DNA from: Candidatus Spongiisociaceae bacterium
GTDB lineage: Bacteria > Actinomycetota > Acidimicrobiia > Spongiisociales > Spongiisociaceae
Reading direction: 5' to 3'
Length of the DNA: 64,000 nt
Assembly (NCBI GenBank): GCA_965219685.1
Contig: CBDCOH010000002.1
Span: 1,760,001 to 1,824,000 of the forward strand
Position 1 is the first letter of the stretch, and every line of letters begins with the position of its first letter. The position numbers and the translations under genes are program-made. Below are positions 39,187 through 48,651 of this stretch, piece by piece. Under the pieces are notes generated by a model, which saw only the letters and a program-made list of their open reading frames with translations, was not told the DNA's origin and did not search any database.

Positions 39187-40728
39187 TCATCCGCCGTTCT
39201 TGCGCCGGTGGGCACGCCACGTGGTCGCCCACCTGGCGGGATCGTCCAGGCCAGACCCGACAATGCGGTGGATCGGTTGGTTGTGGGGGGCGGTCTTCAC
39301 GAGTTCAGGATCGGTGCGCGCCTCTTCGCAGATGGCCGCGATAACGTCGATCCAGTAGTCCATGTCCTCGATCGACCACATCTCGCCGGGCTCCGGCGTG
39401 AACGGCTCCGGGATGAACCAAGGCTCGTGGCTCATCCAGAAGGCATCCACCCCGTAGTCCACCATGCGGTTGGCGACGTCGACCGTGCCGACCCCGGTCT
39501 CCTCGGTGAGTTCCCCGAGGCTGTAGCGGGTCATCTCCATCCGGTGCTTGTCCAGATGGGATAGGCCTTTGGATACGCCGGGGATCTCCAGCAGGCGGGT
39601 CTCCATGTAGTTGTTGGCCAGCAGGGAGAGATCGGCCGCCTCCTTGACCCCGGCCGCGCCCAGGGCCCGCAGCCACGCGTACGCCTTGATAATCACCGGG
39701 ATGTTGCCCAGGTACTCCCGCACCTGGGTGCTGCCGGCCTGCCCCGAAACCTCGATCGTGTAGCCGTCGTCGCCCTTGACCACCACCGGCGTGGTTAGGA
39801 ACGGGGCCAGATCGCTCGAGCATCCGTAAGCGCCCACCGCGGGCCCGCCGCCGGCCTTCGGAGCTCCGAAAGTCTTGTGGAGCATCATCATGCAGGCGTC
39901 GAAACCCAGTTCCCGGGCGCGGATCCTGCCCATTACCCCGTTGAAGTTGGCGTGGTCGTAGAAGCAGAGTCCGCCCACCGAGTGGACGATCTCCACCCAC
40001 TCCTTGATGTGCGGGTTGTAGATGCCGATGTCGTCGGGGTTGTTGACCATCAGGGCGGCGGTTCGCTCCGACGCCACCGACCGGAGCGCCTCCACCGATG
40101 CGTAACCCTCTTCCTCCAGCGGGAGGGTTATCACGTCGAAACCAGCCGCCGCCGCGGTCGCCGGGTTGCACGGATGGGCCTGCGCGGTGGTGATGATCTC
40201 CCGCCTCTGCGCCAGGTTCCCGGCTGCCTCGTGATAGGCGCGGGTCACGGTGGCGTGCAGGAAGGCGGCGTCGGCGCCACCGCCCGGCTGGAACACGAAC
40301 TGGTCCATACCTGTGAGGTCCCGGAGCATCAGGTCCAGGCCGTGGATCACCTCGAGCGTCCCCTGCAACGTCCCGATGTCCTGGTCGGGGTGCGTGTCGG
40401 CCACGAACGGCAAACGGGTCATCGACTCGGTCAGCCTCGGGTTGTACTTCATCGTGCAGGTGCCGAACAGGCTGATGCCCATCATCCCCAGGGTCTCCTG
40501 CGACAGGTGCAGGTAATGGCGCAGCACCTCCGGCTCGGACAGCTCGGGCAGTTCGGCCGCCTCGTCACGTCTCACCGACTCCGGCACCAGATCGGTGGCC
40601 TCGCCGATCCCGTCGAACTCATCGCCGTCGTCGGGGAACAGGACCCCGCGCCTTCCGGGGGCGCCCAGTTCCATGACTAGTGGCTCGTCCCAGACCGCGG
40701 CGTGGTATTTCCTCAAACCCTTCGTCAT
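39187..40728 (-). CDS. gcvPB: Glycine decarboxylase P-protein subunit 2 homolog (divergent)
   Basis: LPELSEPEVLRHY, GTCTMKYNP, PLP lysine LHKTF..P..GGGP, PEPGE. Confidence 0.88.
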   Translation of the reverse strand: MTKGLRKYHAAVWDEPLVMELGAPGRRGVLFPDDGDEFDGIGEATDLVPESVRRDEAAELPELSEPEVLRHYLHLSQETLGMMGISLFGTCTMKYNPRLTESMTRLPFVADTHPDQDIGTLQGTLEVIHGLDLMLRDLTGMDQFVFQPGGGADAAFLHATVTRAYHEAAGNLAQRREIITTAQAHPCNPATAAAAGFDVITLPLEEEGYASVEALRSVASERTAALMVNNPDDIGIYNPHIKEWVEIVHSVGGLCFYDHANFNGVMGRIRARELGFDACMMMLHKTFGAPKAGGGPAVGAYGCSSDLAPFLTTPVVVKGDDGYTIEVSGQAGSTQVREYLGNIPVIIKAYAWLRALGAAGVKEAADLSLLANNYMETRLLEIPGVSKGLSHLDKHRMEMTRYSLGELTEETGVGTVDVANRMVDYGVDAFWMSHEPWFIPEPFTPEPGEMWSIEDMDYWIDVIAAICEEARTDPELVKTAPHNQPIHRIVGSGLDDPARWATTWRAHRRKNGG

Positions 40729-42125
40729 CAGCTCGTCACCTCTTCCAGTGCCTTCACCAGGCGGTCTATGTCATCGCGGGTGTGGACTTCCGTAACGCAG
40801 TACAGAGCACTCTCCCCCAGATCGGGAAACTCGTCACTCAGGTCACGGCCCCCGAAGATGCCCTGCTCCCTGAGCCTCCGGTTGATACGGTCGACCGACT
40901 GGCCGGTCTCGTCGAAACGGACCACGAACTCCTTGAAGAACCCGTCCGGCCACAGAATCGATACCGAGGGAATCTCGCCGATCCGCTTGGCGGCGTAGTG
41001 GCTGCGGCGGAGGATGGCCCTACCCAGTTCCTCGAAGCCGGCAGGCCCGAGCGCCGACAGGTACGCGGCGTTGGCGATCGTCCAGAGGTAGACCGAGTTC
41101 CCGGTCCAGTCCTTGCCGTCCTCGCGGGAACCGTAGGAACTCTGGTGGAACAGGGTCAGCCCGAAGGCCCGCTCCCCCTCCACGGTCGTGTCGGTGAGGC
41201 TGATCTGGAGGGTCGGGTACTCCCGCGCGTAGCGCTCGTCGTCCCTCGTGGCGATGAACCCGCCCACGCCGCCACCACCGTTCATGTGGATACCCAACGG
41301 TTGGGTGCTGCCGACCGCGATGTCGGCGCCGTAGGCTCCCGGCGGAACGATCACGCCCAACGAGGACGGGTCCACCCCGACGATGGTCTCGGCGCCGTGG
41401 CTGCGCACCATCCTTCCGATCCCGGCGGCCTGATCCTCGATCACCCCCAGGTAGGAGGGGTTCTCGTAATACAAGGCCGCCACATCCTCGCTCAGCTTGC
41501 TCTCGAGATCGGCCAGGTCGAGGCGGCCGGTGTCCGGCTCGAACCCGACGGGTACCAGGTCGATGTGACCCACCTGCTCGGGAAAGCCGCAGTAGGTGCG
41601 GGCCACGTCGATCCGCTGGGGGTCCATGAGCGCCGGGACGAGCACCCGGTCGCGTCCTGTCATGCGAGCCGCCATGCGCATGGCATGGCCCGCTGCCGCA
41701 CCCCAGCTGTAAACAGGGAGGCCGACGAAGTCCATGTCGACCAGTTCGCCCATCTGGCTGGCGAACTCGAACCAGGCCTGGTTGCGACCCAGGTCCGATG
41801 ACGGCGTGCCCCATACAGAGGTCAGGAACTCGCTCCGGGTCCAGATCTCGTCGCATATCGCCGGCACGTGGTGCTGCCAGGTTCCACCCCCGAGGAAGCT
41901 CAGGTTGTCCTCGCAGGTCTCGTTCTTGCCCAACACATCCAGGAGGTGCCGTTTCAGGGACACCTCCGATGCGAGGGGAGCAGGAAGCTGGAACTGCCTC
42001 TTGGTGAGATGGTCATCGGGTATCTGCTCGAAGAGCCGGTCGACGCTCTCGGCGCCGATCGCTTCGAGCATCTGCTGCTTGGCCTCCTCGGTGGAGTTGG
42101 CCATGTAAGGATGTGCTCTCGTCAC
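40728..42125 (-). CDS. gcvPA: Glycine decarboxylase P-protein subunit 1 homolog (divergent)
   Basis: HPYMANS...MLEAIG, SFLGGG, RSEFLT, ENPSYLG, PPGAYGADIAVG, CVTEVHT. Start is likely GTG 42125. Confidence 0.88.
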   Translation of the reverse strand: MTRAHPYMANSTEEAKQQMLEAIGAESVDRLFEQIPDDHLTKRQFQLPAPLASEVSLKRHLLDVLGKNETCEDNLSFLGGGTWQHHVPAICDEIWTRSEFLTSVWGTPSSDLGRNQAWFEFASQMGELVDMDFVGLPVYSWGAAAGHAMRMAARMTGRDRVLVPALMDPQRIDVARTYCGFPEQVGHIDLVPVGFEPDTGRLDLADLESKLSEDVAALYYENPSYLGVIEDQAAGIGRMVRSHGAETIVGVDPSSLGVIVPPGAYGADIAVGSTQPLGIHMNGGGGVGGFIATRDDERYAREYPTLQISLTDTTVEGERAFGLTLFHQSSYGSREDGKDWTGNSVYLWTIANAAYLSALGPAGFEELGRAILRRSHYAAKRIGEIPSVSILWPDGFFKEFVVRFDETGQSVDRINRRLREQGIFGGRDLSDEFPDLGESALYCVTEVHTRDDIDRLVKALEEVTS

Positions 42126-42249
42126 TCGATCAAACCTTCGGATTAGCCACTCGTCTACTTCGGACCCGTACCGCGAACGCGGCCGCTCGAACATGCCCGG
42201 CAGGGACTCCGGACGAGCCGCCTTCTGCGGTCGGGCCACCTGCGCTCAC

Positions 42250-42255
42250 TATAAT
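42250..42255 (+). promoter_or_regulatory. Consensus -10 box in the gcvPA/kinase divergent region
   Basis: TATAAT in a GC-rich background. Confidence 0.45.
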
Positions 42256-42320
42256 TAAGGTCGGAGTCGGGATGTGAGGGCTTGGGAACACCAGGCCGCC
42301 GCCCGCTGCACCCAGCACCG

Positions 42321-43484
42321 ATGAACCACGAGAACCCCGACACCGAACGCCAGGCCTCCTGCGGCGGGAACCCGACGGCGGGAACCGCTCGTCTCGGCCT
42401 CATCATCAACCCGATCGCCGGAATGGGGGGCTCGGTCGGCCTGCACGGCACCGACGGGGACAGCTACCGGAGAGCGGAAGCGCTCGGCGCCACCCGCATC
42501 GCAGGGAAGCGAGCGGGCCGGGCTCTGTACCAACTGGCCTCGTCACTGCCGGACGCCGCCATCGTGACCGTTTCGGGGAGCATGGGCGCCGATGCGGCGC
42601 GCGAAGCCGGGTTCGATCCGGGGGTGGTCTCGGTCGCGTCCGAGCCCACCACTTCGGGGGACACCAGGAGAGCAGCCCGCGTCATGCAGTCAGCCGGGGT
42701 GGATCTCATCTTCTTCGCAGGAGGCGATGGAACCGCCCACGACATCGTGGGGGAGGTCGGCGACAGGGTGCCCGTCCTGGGGATCCCGACGGGAGTGAAG
42801 ATGCACTCGGCCGTATTCGGCAACACCCCCGAGGCATCCGCCGCCATGGCAATCCGTTTCCTCGGATCACCCGGCCGGATGAGGGTGGTCCCCCGGGAAG
42901 TACTCGACGCCGCCGGTGGACCGGGCGAGGTGGCGGGCTTCTCGGTGGCCTCCGTTCCCTTCGCCCGCGACCTGCTGCAACCGGGCAAGGCCACCATGTC
43001 GCTCGGCGACGACTCCAGCCTCGACCGGCTGTGCGCTTCCCTCGCCGGCGGGATGGCACCGGGACACGTATACATACTGGGTCCTGGAACGACTGTGGCC
43101 CGCATCCTCGACCACCTGGGCTTGGCCGGCACGCTCGCCGGTGTCGATGTGGTGCTCGACAGGCGGGTGGTGATCGCCAACGCAACCGCGGACCAACTCC
43201 TCCGGCTCCTCGATGGCCGCCAACCCGCCACCATCTACCTGGGGGTCATCGGCGGCCAGGGCTTTCTCCTAGGCCGGGGCAACCAGCAACTCAGCCCGCA
43301 GGTGATCGAGCGCGTGGGCGAGGAGAATGTCATGATCCTCGCCGGCGAGGAGAAGGTGCGCCTGCTCGACCCTCCCGTCCTGAGGGTGGATACCGGCGTC
43401 GAATCCTCCCGCCCGGTGATGCTCGGCTACCAGCGGGTCTACACCGCTCCCGGCAGAAGCCTCGTCATGAAGGTGGTCTGCTGA
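42321..43484 (+). CDS. ATP-NAD kinase family protein (COG3199-like)
   Basis: INPIAGMGGSVGLHGTDG, FAGGDGT, GIPTGVKMHSAVF, GGQGFLLGRGNQQ, VDTG. Confidence 0.88.
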   Translation: MNHENPDTERQASCGGNPTAGTARLGLIINPIAGMGGSVGLHGTDGDSYRRAEALGATRIAGKRAGRALYQLASSLPDAAIVTVSGSMGADAAREAGFDPGVVSVASEPTTSGDTRRAARVMQSAGVDLIFFAGGDGTAHDIVGEVGDRVPVLGIPTGVKMHSAVFGNTPEASAAMAIRFLGSPGRMRVVPREVLDAAGGPGEVAGFSVASVPFARDLLQPGKATMSLGDDSSLDRLCASLAGGMAPGHVYILGPGTTVARILDHLGLAGTLAGVDVVLDRRVVIANATADQLLRLLDGRQPATIYLGVIGGQGFLLGRGNQQLSPQVIERVGEENVMILAGEEKVRLLDPPVLRVDTGVESSRPVMLGYQRVYTAPGRSLVMKVVC

Positions 43485-43516
43485 GCCGGAAGCGGGCGCC
43501 CTGCGTCGGCCCCTCT

Positions 43517-44866
43517 TCAAACCCTCGCTAACGGTCCGACCGCCGCCGTTCCCAGTGACCCGTGAACCATGCGTCCGTCCCGTATCACGGCTTGGATCCT
43601 CGCGAGGGCCGAGGAATCTGCTGTGAGATCACCGTCGAGGACTACCAGATCGGCTCTCATGCCGCCCCGCACCGTTCCGATGTCGGAGCGGCCCATGAGA
43701 GCCGCCGCTGCCCCGGTCGCGGCATGGATGGCTCCGACCACGCCGAGGCCGCAGTCGGCCAGCCAGTCGATCTCATGATGGAGGCTGGCGCCCGGGTAGG
43801 TGCCGGGGTTCGGGATGTCCGAACCCGCTACAAGGGGAACCCCGGCAGCGTAGAGCAGTTCCACAAACTGGAGGATCGCTTCCCATTCCTGTTCCCCATG
43901 GGCAACGTCGTCTTCGGAGTACCCGCTTCCCGGCCACGTAACTCTCCAAGCCTCGCCGAGCCCTCGCGGAAGGTCATGGCGGGCTTCGAGCATGGCGTGA
44001 GCCTCGTCGGGGCGACAGAACACCCTCAGGATTGCGAAGGTCGGGGTGATGGTGACACGCGACTCGGCAAGAGCTTCCACATGCCGACGCACCCGATCGC
44101 TTCCGAGATCCACGAATCTCCAGGGCCGTAACGTGAGGATGCAGTCGTGGGGACGTTCCGGCAGTCTCGACTCGACATATCGGGCCTCGGCGTCGAGCAA
44201 CTCCCGCCCGCTGCAGATGTGTTCGAGCGCATCGACGCCGGCGGCAACCGCATCACCCACCGAGATTACGTTTCCCACGTGCGCGGCGACAGGCACACCG
44301 CTCCTGTGGGCTACGGAAACCACCGCCTGGAGGTCCCCTTGGGGAAGCCAGACATAGGTCTTGAGAAACGGGGCTCCCTTCGCGATCAGTTCGGCTGCCA
44401 CCGCAGCGGCATCCTGCGGCCCCTTGACGACCCGTAGACCAGGGTACGGCGCTCCGGGTGGACCATCCAGGTTCGGGCCCGAACCGACGAATCTCGGCCA
44501 TTCCGGCCGGTCTTCCGCCTGAAGCCTGCGGTACGACGAGCCGAAGCCGGTCCCGCCGGTATCCCGGACTCCGGTAACGCCGTGCGCGAGAAGTTCCTCG
44601 GCGTGCCAGTCGAAGATATCGCTGCTCTGAGCACCGAACTCCTTCCCCGAGAGGGTCACCTCCAAGTGGGTGTGAGCATCGATCAACCCCGGAACCAGTG
44701 TGGAACGGGGAAGTCGTACCGGTTCGAACGAAGCCGGTATGGCGATACTGGGCCCGGCCGCAATCACCCGCCCTTCCGAGACCAGAACGGTGGCGTTGCG
44801 CACGGGCGGGCGGCCGGTACCGTCGATCAGGGTGGCTACCTGGATGGCAAGGGCCTCCCCTGCCAA
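43517..44866 (-). CDS. Metal-dependent amidohydrolase
   Basis: PGLIDAHTH, KTY, AHV, EH, AGSD, ADLVVLDG. Confidence 0.9.
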   Translation of the reverse strand: MAGEALAIQVATLIDGTGRPPVRNATVLVSEGRVIAAGPSIAIPASFEPVRLPRSTLVPGLIDAHTHLEVTLSGKEFGAQSSDIFDWHAEELLAHGVTGVRDTGGTGFGSSYRRLQAEDRPEWPRFVGSGPNLDGPPGAPYPGLRVVKGPQDAAAVAAELIAKGAPFLKTYVWLPQGDLQAVVSVAHRSGVPVAAHVGNVISVGDAVAAGVDALEHICSGRELLDAEARYVESRLPERPHDCILTLRPWRFVDLGSDRVRRHVEALAESRVTITPTFAILRVFCRPDEAHAMLEARHDLPRGLGEAWRVTWPGSGYSEDDVAHGEQEWEAILQFVELLYAAGVPLVAGSDIPNPGTYPGASLHHEIDWLADCGLGVVGAIHAATGAAAALMGRSDIGTVRGGMRADLVVLDGDLTADSSALARIQAVIRDGRMVHGSLGTAAVGPLARV

Positions 44867-44867
44867 T

Positions 44868-45638
44868 TCAGAATCCTTTCAGCATTCCGCCGTCGACGGC
44901 CAGCGTGGCGCCGGTAACGTAACTGGCCGCATCCGACAGCAGGAAACCGACCGCGGCCGCGAACTCCTCCGGGTTCCCGTACCTGCCGAGGGGGATTCCG
45001 GCTTGCGACCGGGCAGCGATCTCCTCCACGGTGACCCCGCGGGCGCGCGCCTGTCCCTCATCCAGGGCATGGACCCGCTCGGTGCCGATCCGGCCCGGGT
45101 AGACGTGGTTGACCCGTACCGACGGTGCCCACTCTCTGGCCAGGATCTTGGCGAGAGCGCCCACCCCGGTACGCAGCACTGTCGAACTCACCAGGTGCTC
45201 GATCGGTTGCCGTACGGCCGAGGACGTCATGAACACCACTGCCGATCCTTCGTTCAGCTGCGACCTGGCGGCGCGGGCCAGCCGGATGGCGGACATGAGT
45301 ACGAGATCGATGGCGTCCGCCCAGTCGGAGTCGGATAAGGCGCCGAACGTGCCGGGCTTGGGGCCTCCGGTGTTGACCACCAGCGCATCGATCCGCCCGC
45401 CGAAGTGGTTGGCGGCTGCCTCGACCCAGGCCTCGACGTCTGCGCGCTTCCGGAGGTCGCACAGCTGTCCGTGAACGGCCGCGTCCACCCCGGTACCGAT
45501 ACCGGAAATCGCACTTGCCACACGCTCGGCGTCACTCCCACAGATGGAGACCGCGTAATCATGAGCGACCAGGTGGCGCCCGATAGCGAACCCGAGGCCG
45601 GAGGTCGCCGCCGCGACCAGCGCCGTTTTCTTTGTCAC
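44868..45638 (-). CDS. SDR family oxidoreductase (atypical, no YxxxK)
   Basis: AATSGLG, NTGGP, STVLR in place of YxxxK, VDGG. Confidence 0.88.
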   Translation of the reverse strand: MTKKTALVAAATSGLGFAIGRHLVAHDYAVSICGSDAERVASAISGIGTGVDAAVHGQLCDLRKRADVEAWVEAAANHFGGRIDALVVNTGGPKPGTFGALSDSDWADAIDLVLMSAIRLARAARSQLNEGSAVVFMTSSAVRQPIEHLVSSTVLRTGVGALAKILAREWAPSVRVNHVYPGRIGTERVHALDEGQARARGVTVEEIAARSQAGIPLGRYGNPEEFAAAVGFLLSDAASYVTGATLAVDGGMLKGF

Positions 45639-47047
45639 AGACCCATCCCGTCCGTCGTGCGTGGACTTCGTGCGATGAACCTACCATCGCCCGGCCGGAG
45701 CGCTCCGCGTCCACGATCGACTACCACGCGGCCTCTGACCAGCACCGTCCGGGGCCATCCGGTGAGAATCATGCCGTCGTATGGGGTGTAGTCCATGTTG
45801 TCGTGCAGGTCCTTCCGGCTCACGGTACGTTTCGCGGTTGCGTCCCACACCACGAGGTCCGCGTCGCTTCCCACGGCCAGGGTTCCCTTCCGCGGATACA
45901 GCCCGAATAGTTTCGCAGGCCTGGTGGACACCAACCTCACGAAGTCGGAGACCGTGATCCGGCCCCGTGCGACCCCTTCGGAGAACAGCAACGGCAGGCG
46001 CAACTCGACACCTGGCAGACCGTTCGCGACCTGGTGAAACTCCGTCGCATCACCGTTGGGGAGTTTCCCGGCGTCGAGGCGGTAGGGGGCGTGATCGGAT
46101 CCGATCGTGTCAACCGTCCGGGCCCGGATCGCCTTCCACAGGGCACGCCGGTCGTCGGCGGAACGAAGCGGCGGACTCGACATGAACGCGGCGGTCTCCG
46201 TAATCGGACCCTCGAGAAGCGCCTCGTCGAGCGTCAGGTAGTGAGGACACGTCTCGACCGCGACGCGCACCCCTCTGGAGCGTGCGGCCTCGGCCTCGGC
46301 GATCGCAGATCCACTGGAGAGATGAACCAGGTAGATACCAATCTGCAGAGCCTCGGCAATCGCGGTGATCTCGGCGACACCCGCCCGCTCGGCCGCTCGG
46401 CTGTGCGACTGGACATGGGCCATGGCGTCACGGCGGCCCTGTCCGACCAGCGATCTCCGCTTCCAACCTATCAACCCGTCGTGTTCCGCATGGACCATGA
46501 CGGTCATCCCCTTCTCACGGGCCAGGGCCAGCACTCCGACCAGGTCGGGGCCGCCAAGCCGGAGCCGCTCGTAGGTCATGAAGACCTTGATCGACGTGAT
46601 GCCGAGTCGGACGGCATCTGCCAGGTCCGCGGCGGTCCGGTCATTCACCTCGGTCAGGATCAGATGCAGGCCGTAGTCCGCCATCGCCTCCGCAGCCGCC
46701 CGGTCCATAGCCTCGTTAACGGTGTCGCGGATACTCGTACCGCGGTGCTGCGCGGCGAAGGCCATCACCGTCGTGGTCCCGCCGAAAGCGGCCGAACGGG
46801 TACCGGAGGCGAAGTCGTCCGAGGTCGGGACACCTGCCCCTGAAACCTGCGCGAGGTGGCAGTGAGGGTCGACTCCACCGGGAAGGACGTAGTGGCCACG
46901 CGCATCGATCTCACGCTTGCCGGGCGGGATTGCGTCACCGATGGCTGCGATGCGATCCCCCACGATCGAGAGGTCTGCCCGAATCACCCCGCCGTCGCTG
47001 ACCAAGCGGCCATTCCGTAGGACGAGATCCGGAGTCAGCAGCGCTAT
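45635..47047 (-). CDS. hydA: Dihydropyrimidinase / D-hydantoinase (start upstream of TTG 47005; ATA 47047 or CTG 47041/47038)
   Basis: PGGVDPHCH, SIKVFMTY, VHAE, VHLS, ETCPHYL, GSDHAP, DYTPYDG; in-frame DLVLRNGRL lies upstream of the ORF-track start. Confidence 0.92.
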   Translation of the reverse strand: MALLTPDLVLRNGRLVSDGGVIRADLSIVGDRIAAIGDAIPPGKREIDARGHYVLPGGVDPHCHLAQVSGAGVPTSDDFASGTRSAAFGGTTTVMAFAAQHRGTSIRDTVNEAMDRAAAEAMADYGLHLILTEVNDRTAADLADAVRLGITSIKVFMTYERLRLGGPDLVGVLALAREKGMTVMVHAEHDGLIGWKRRSLVGQGRRDAMAHVQSHSRAAERAGVAEITAIAEALQIGIYLVHLSSGSAIAEAEAARSRGVRVAVETCPHYLTLDEALLEGPITETAAFMSSPPLRSADDRRALWKAIRARTVDTIGSDHAPYRLDAGKLPNGDATEFHQVANGLPGVELRLPLLFSEGVARGRITVSDFVRLVSTRPAKLFGLYPRKGTLAVGSDADLVVWDATAKRTVSRKDLHDNMDYTPYDGMILTGWPRTVLVRGRVVVDRGRGALRPGDGRFIARSPRTTDGMGL

Positions 47048-47976
47048 CGGACTATGTCCGTGGTCAGCAGCCCGGTGACCGCTTCGAGCCTGAGGAGAAA
47101 CCGATCTATCTCTTCGTGGTCGACCCGGCTCAGTGGGGAGGCCGGGAACCGGGCGCGTGCGGTGCCTATCGCCATGCGGCGGCGCAGCACTTCCTTTCGG
47201 ACGCCAATACCCATGCGGAACTCGTGCCGGTTGATCGGCAGGTACTTGTCGTACAGGTCCTCCGCCTCGTCCACGCGTCCCGCGGCGTGCAATGCGATGA
47301 CGCTCGCCAGCACATCGGGAAAGGCGAATCCGGTCATCGCGCCGTCGGAACCGCGCATCAACTCCTGCACGAGGTGAATGCCATTGTTACCGGTCAGGAT
47401 CGTGACCCTCCTCTGTCCGGCGGCCTCCGCCCCGCGGATGGCGGTGAGCTTGCCAAGCCCGGGCTCGTCCTCTGCCTTGAGCATCGTCACAGTCGGACAT
47501 CTCTCGACGATCAACCTCCAGGTAGTCGGCGAGATGTGGACTCCGTTGGCCTTGGGGAAGTCCTGGACGCAGATCGGTATGTCACCCAGGGTGGCCGCGG
47601 CCACCTCGAAGTAGCCTGCCACCCTCTCATCCCCGGCCAACCCGGCGAGGGGCTGGAGAAGCACGCCTGCGGCGCCCGAGTCCATGGCGAAGGTCGCTAG
47701 AGCGCGGACCCGGGCGAGGGAGGAATCGGACACGCCAACGATGACGGGAACTCTCCCGTCGATGGCAGCCATGGTCTCCTCGACCACCAGACGGGCTTCG
47801 CGGTCGGTCATGCGGTTGGCCTCGCCCATCACCCCGAGCAGGGCTATACCGCTCGAACCGCAGGATATGTAGAAGTCCATCAGGGTGGAGATCCCAGGCT
47901 GGTCGATGTTTCCGTCCCCGTCCAAGGGGGTTACCGCGATCGCGACGAGGCCGGAAGTCGGCATGGAATCGATCAC
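47044..47976 (-). CDS. DHDPS family protein (variant lacking the catalytic Tyr: CVQDFP)
   Basis: LGVMGEA, MLKAED, GAMTGFAFPD; AAGGAG before GTG 47976. Confidence 0.88.
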   Translation of the reverse strand: MIDSMPTSGLVAIAVTPLDGDGNIDQPGISTLMDFYISCGSSGIALLGVMGEANRMTDREARLVVEETMAAIDGRVPVIVGVSDSSLARVRALATFAMDSGAAGVLLQPLAGLAGDERVAGYFEVAAATLGDIPICVQDFPKANGVHISPTTWRLIVERCPTVTMLKAEDEPGLGKLTAIRGAEAAGQRRVTILTGNNGIHLVQELMRGSDGAMTGFAFPDVLASVIALHAAGRVDEAEDLYDKYLPINRHEFRMGIGVRKEVLRRRMAIGTARARFPASPLSRVDHEEIDRFLLRLEAVTGLLTTDIVR

Positions 47977-48650
47977 TGGGCACACTCCTTCTCGGCGTGC
48001 GAATCGCGGAGGGCTGATGCTGCGAACGTGAGGGCGGCCTGGCACGGCTCGATCACGGGCAAGTCGAGATCACTTTGGAGCCGGGCACGCAGGTGCGTCA
48101 TGCCTGTGCATCCCAGAACGACCACATCCGCGCCTGCCTCCACCAGCTGCCTTCCGGCGTCCAGGACATCCTCGTAGGCCTCTTCGCTCTCCAGGTCGAG
48201 TACACCCCGTCCGGTGGGTACGTCGCCAACGACCCGGGGAGTCACTCCGATCCGCTCCCAGTACCGATAGTGCCTGGGTACCGCTTCGTCGACCGCGGAG
48301 ATTACTCCCACGTTGCGCCCGCGTGACATCGCAGCCAGCACCGCCGACTCTGCAATCCCGAAGACCGGTGCTCCGACGGTAGCCCTCATCTCCCCTATCC
48401 CGGGGTCGGAGAAGCAAGCTATCACGTAGGCATCCGCCGGATGCCTCGCGGCGGTCTCGATCATGGGTTCAACCGCGGCCGCGACGTCGTCGTCGGATTC
48501 GATGGCGGCCGGCCCGTCCTCGCTCGTCGCGACCTCCACCTCGACTCCCAGGTCTTCAGCGAGGGCGCTCACCGCTTCGTCTACCTGCGTCGAGATACGC
48601 TGCGAACTGTTCGGATTCAGCAGGGTGACTCTTCCAAACATCACGGGCAC
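47973..48650 (-). CDS. Hydantoin/allantoin racemase family protein
   Basis: LNPNSS, GPAAIES, IACFSDPG, VLGCTGM. Confidence 0.9.
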   Translation of the reverse strand: MPVMFGRVTLLNPNSSQRISTQVDEAVSALAEDLGVEVEVATSEDGPAAIESDDDVAAAVEPMIETAARHPADAYVIACFSDPGIGEMRATVGAPVFGIAESAVLAAMSRGRNVGVISAVDEAVPRHYRYWERIGVTPRVVGDVPTGRGVLDLESEEAYEDVLDAGRQLVEAGADVVVLGCTGMTHLRARLQSDLDLPVIEPCQAALTFAASALRDSHAEKECAQ

Positions 48651-48651
48651 G

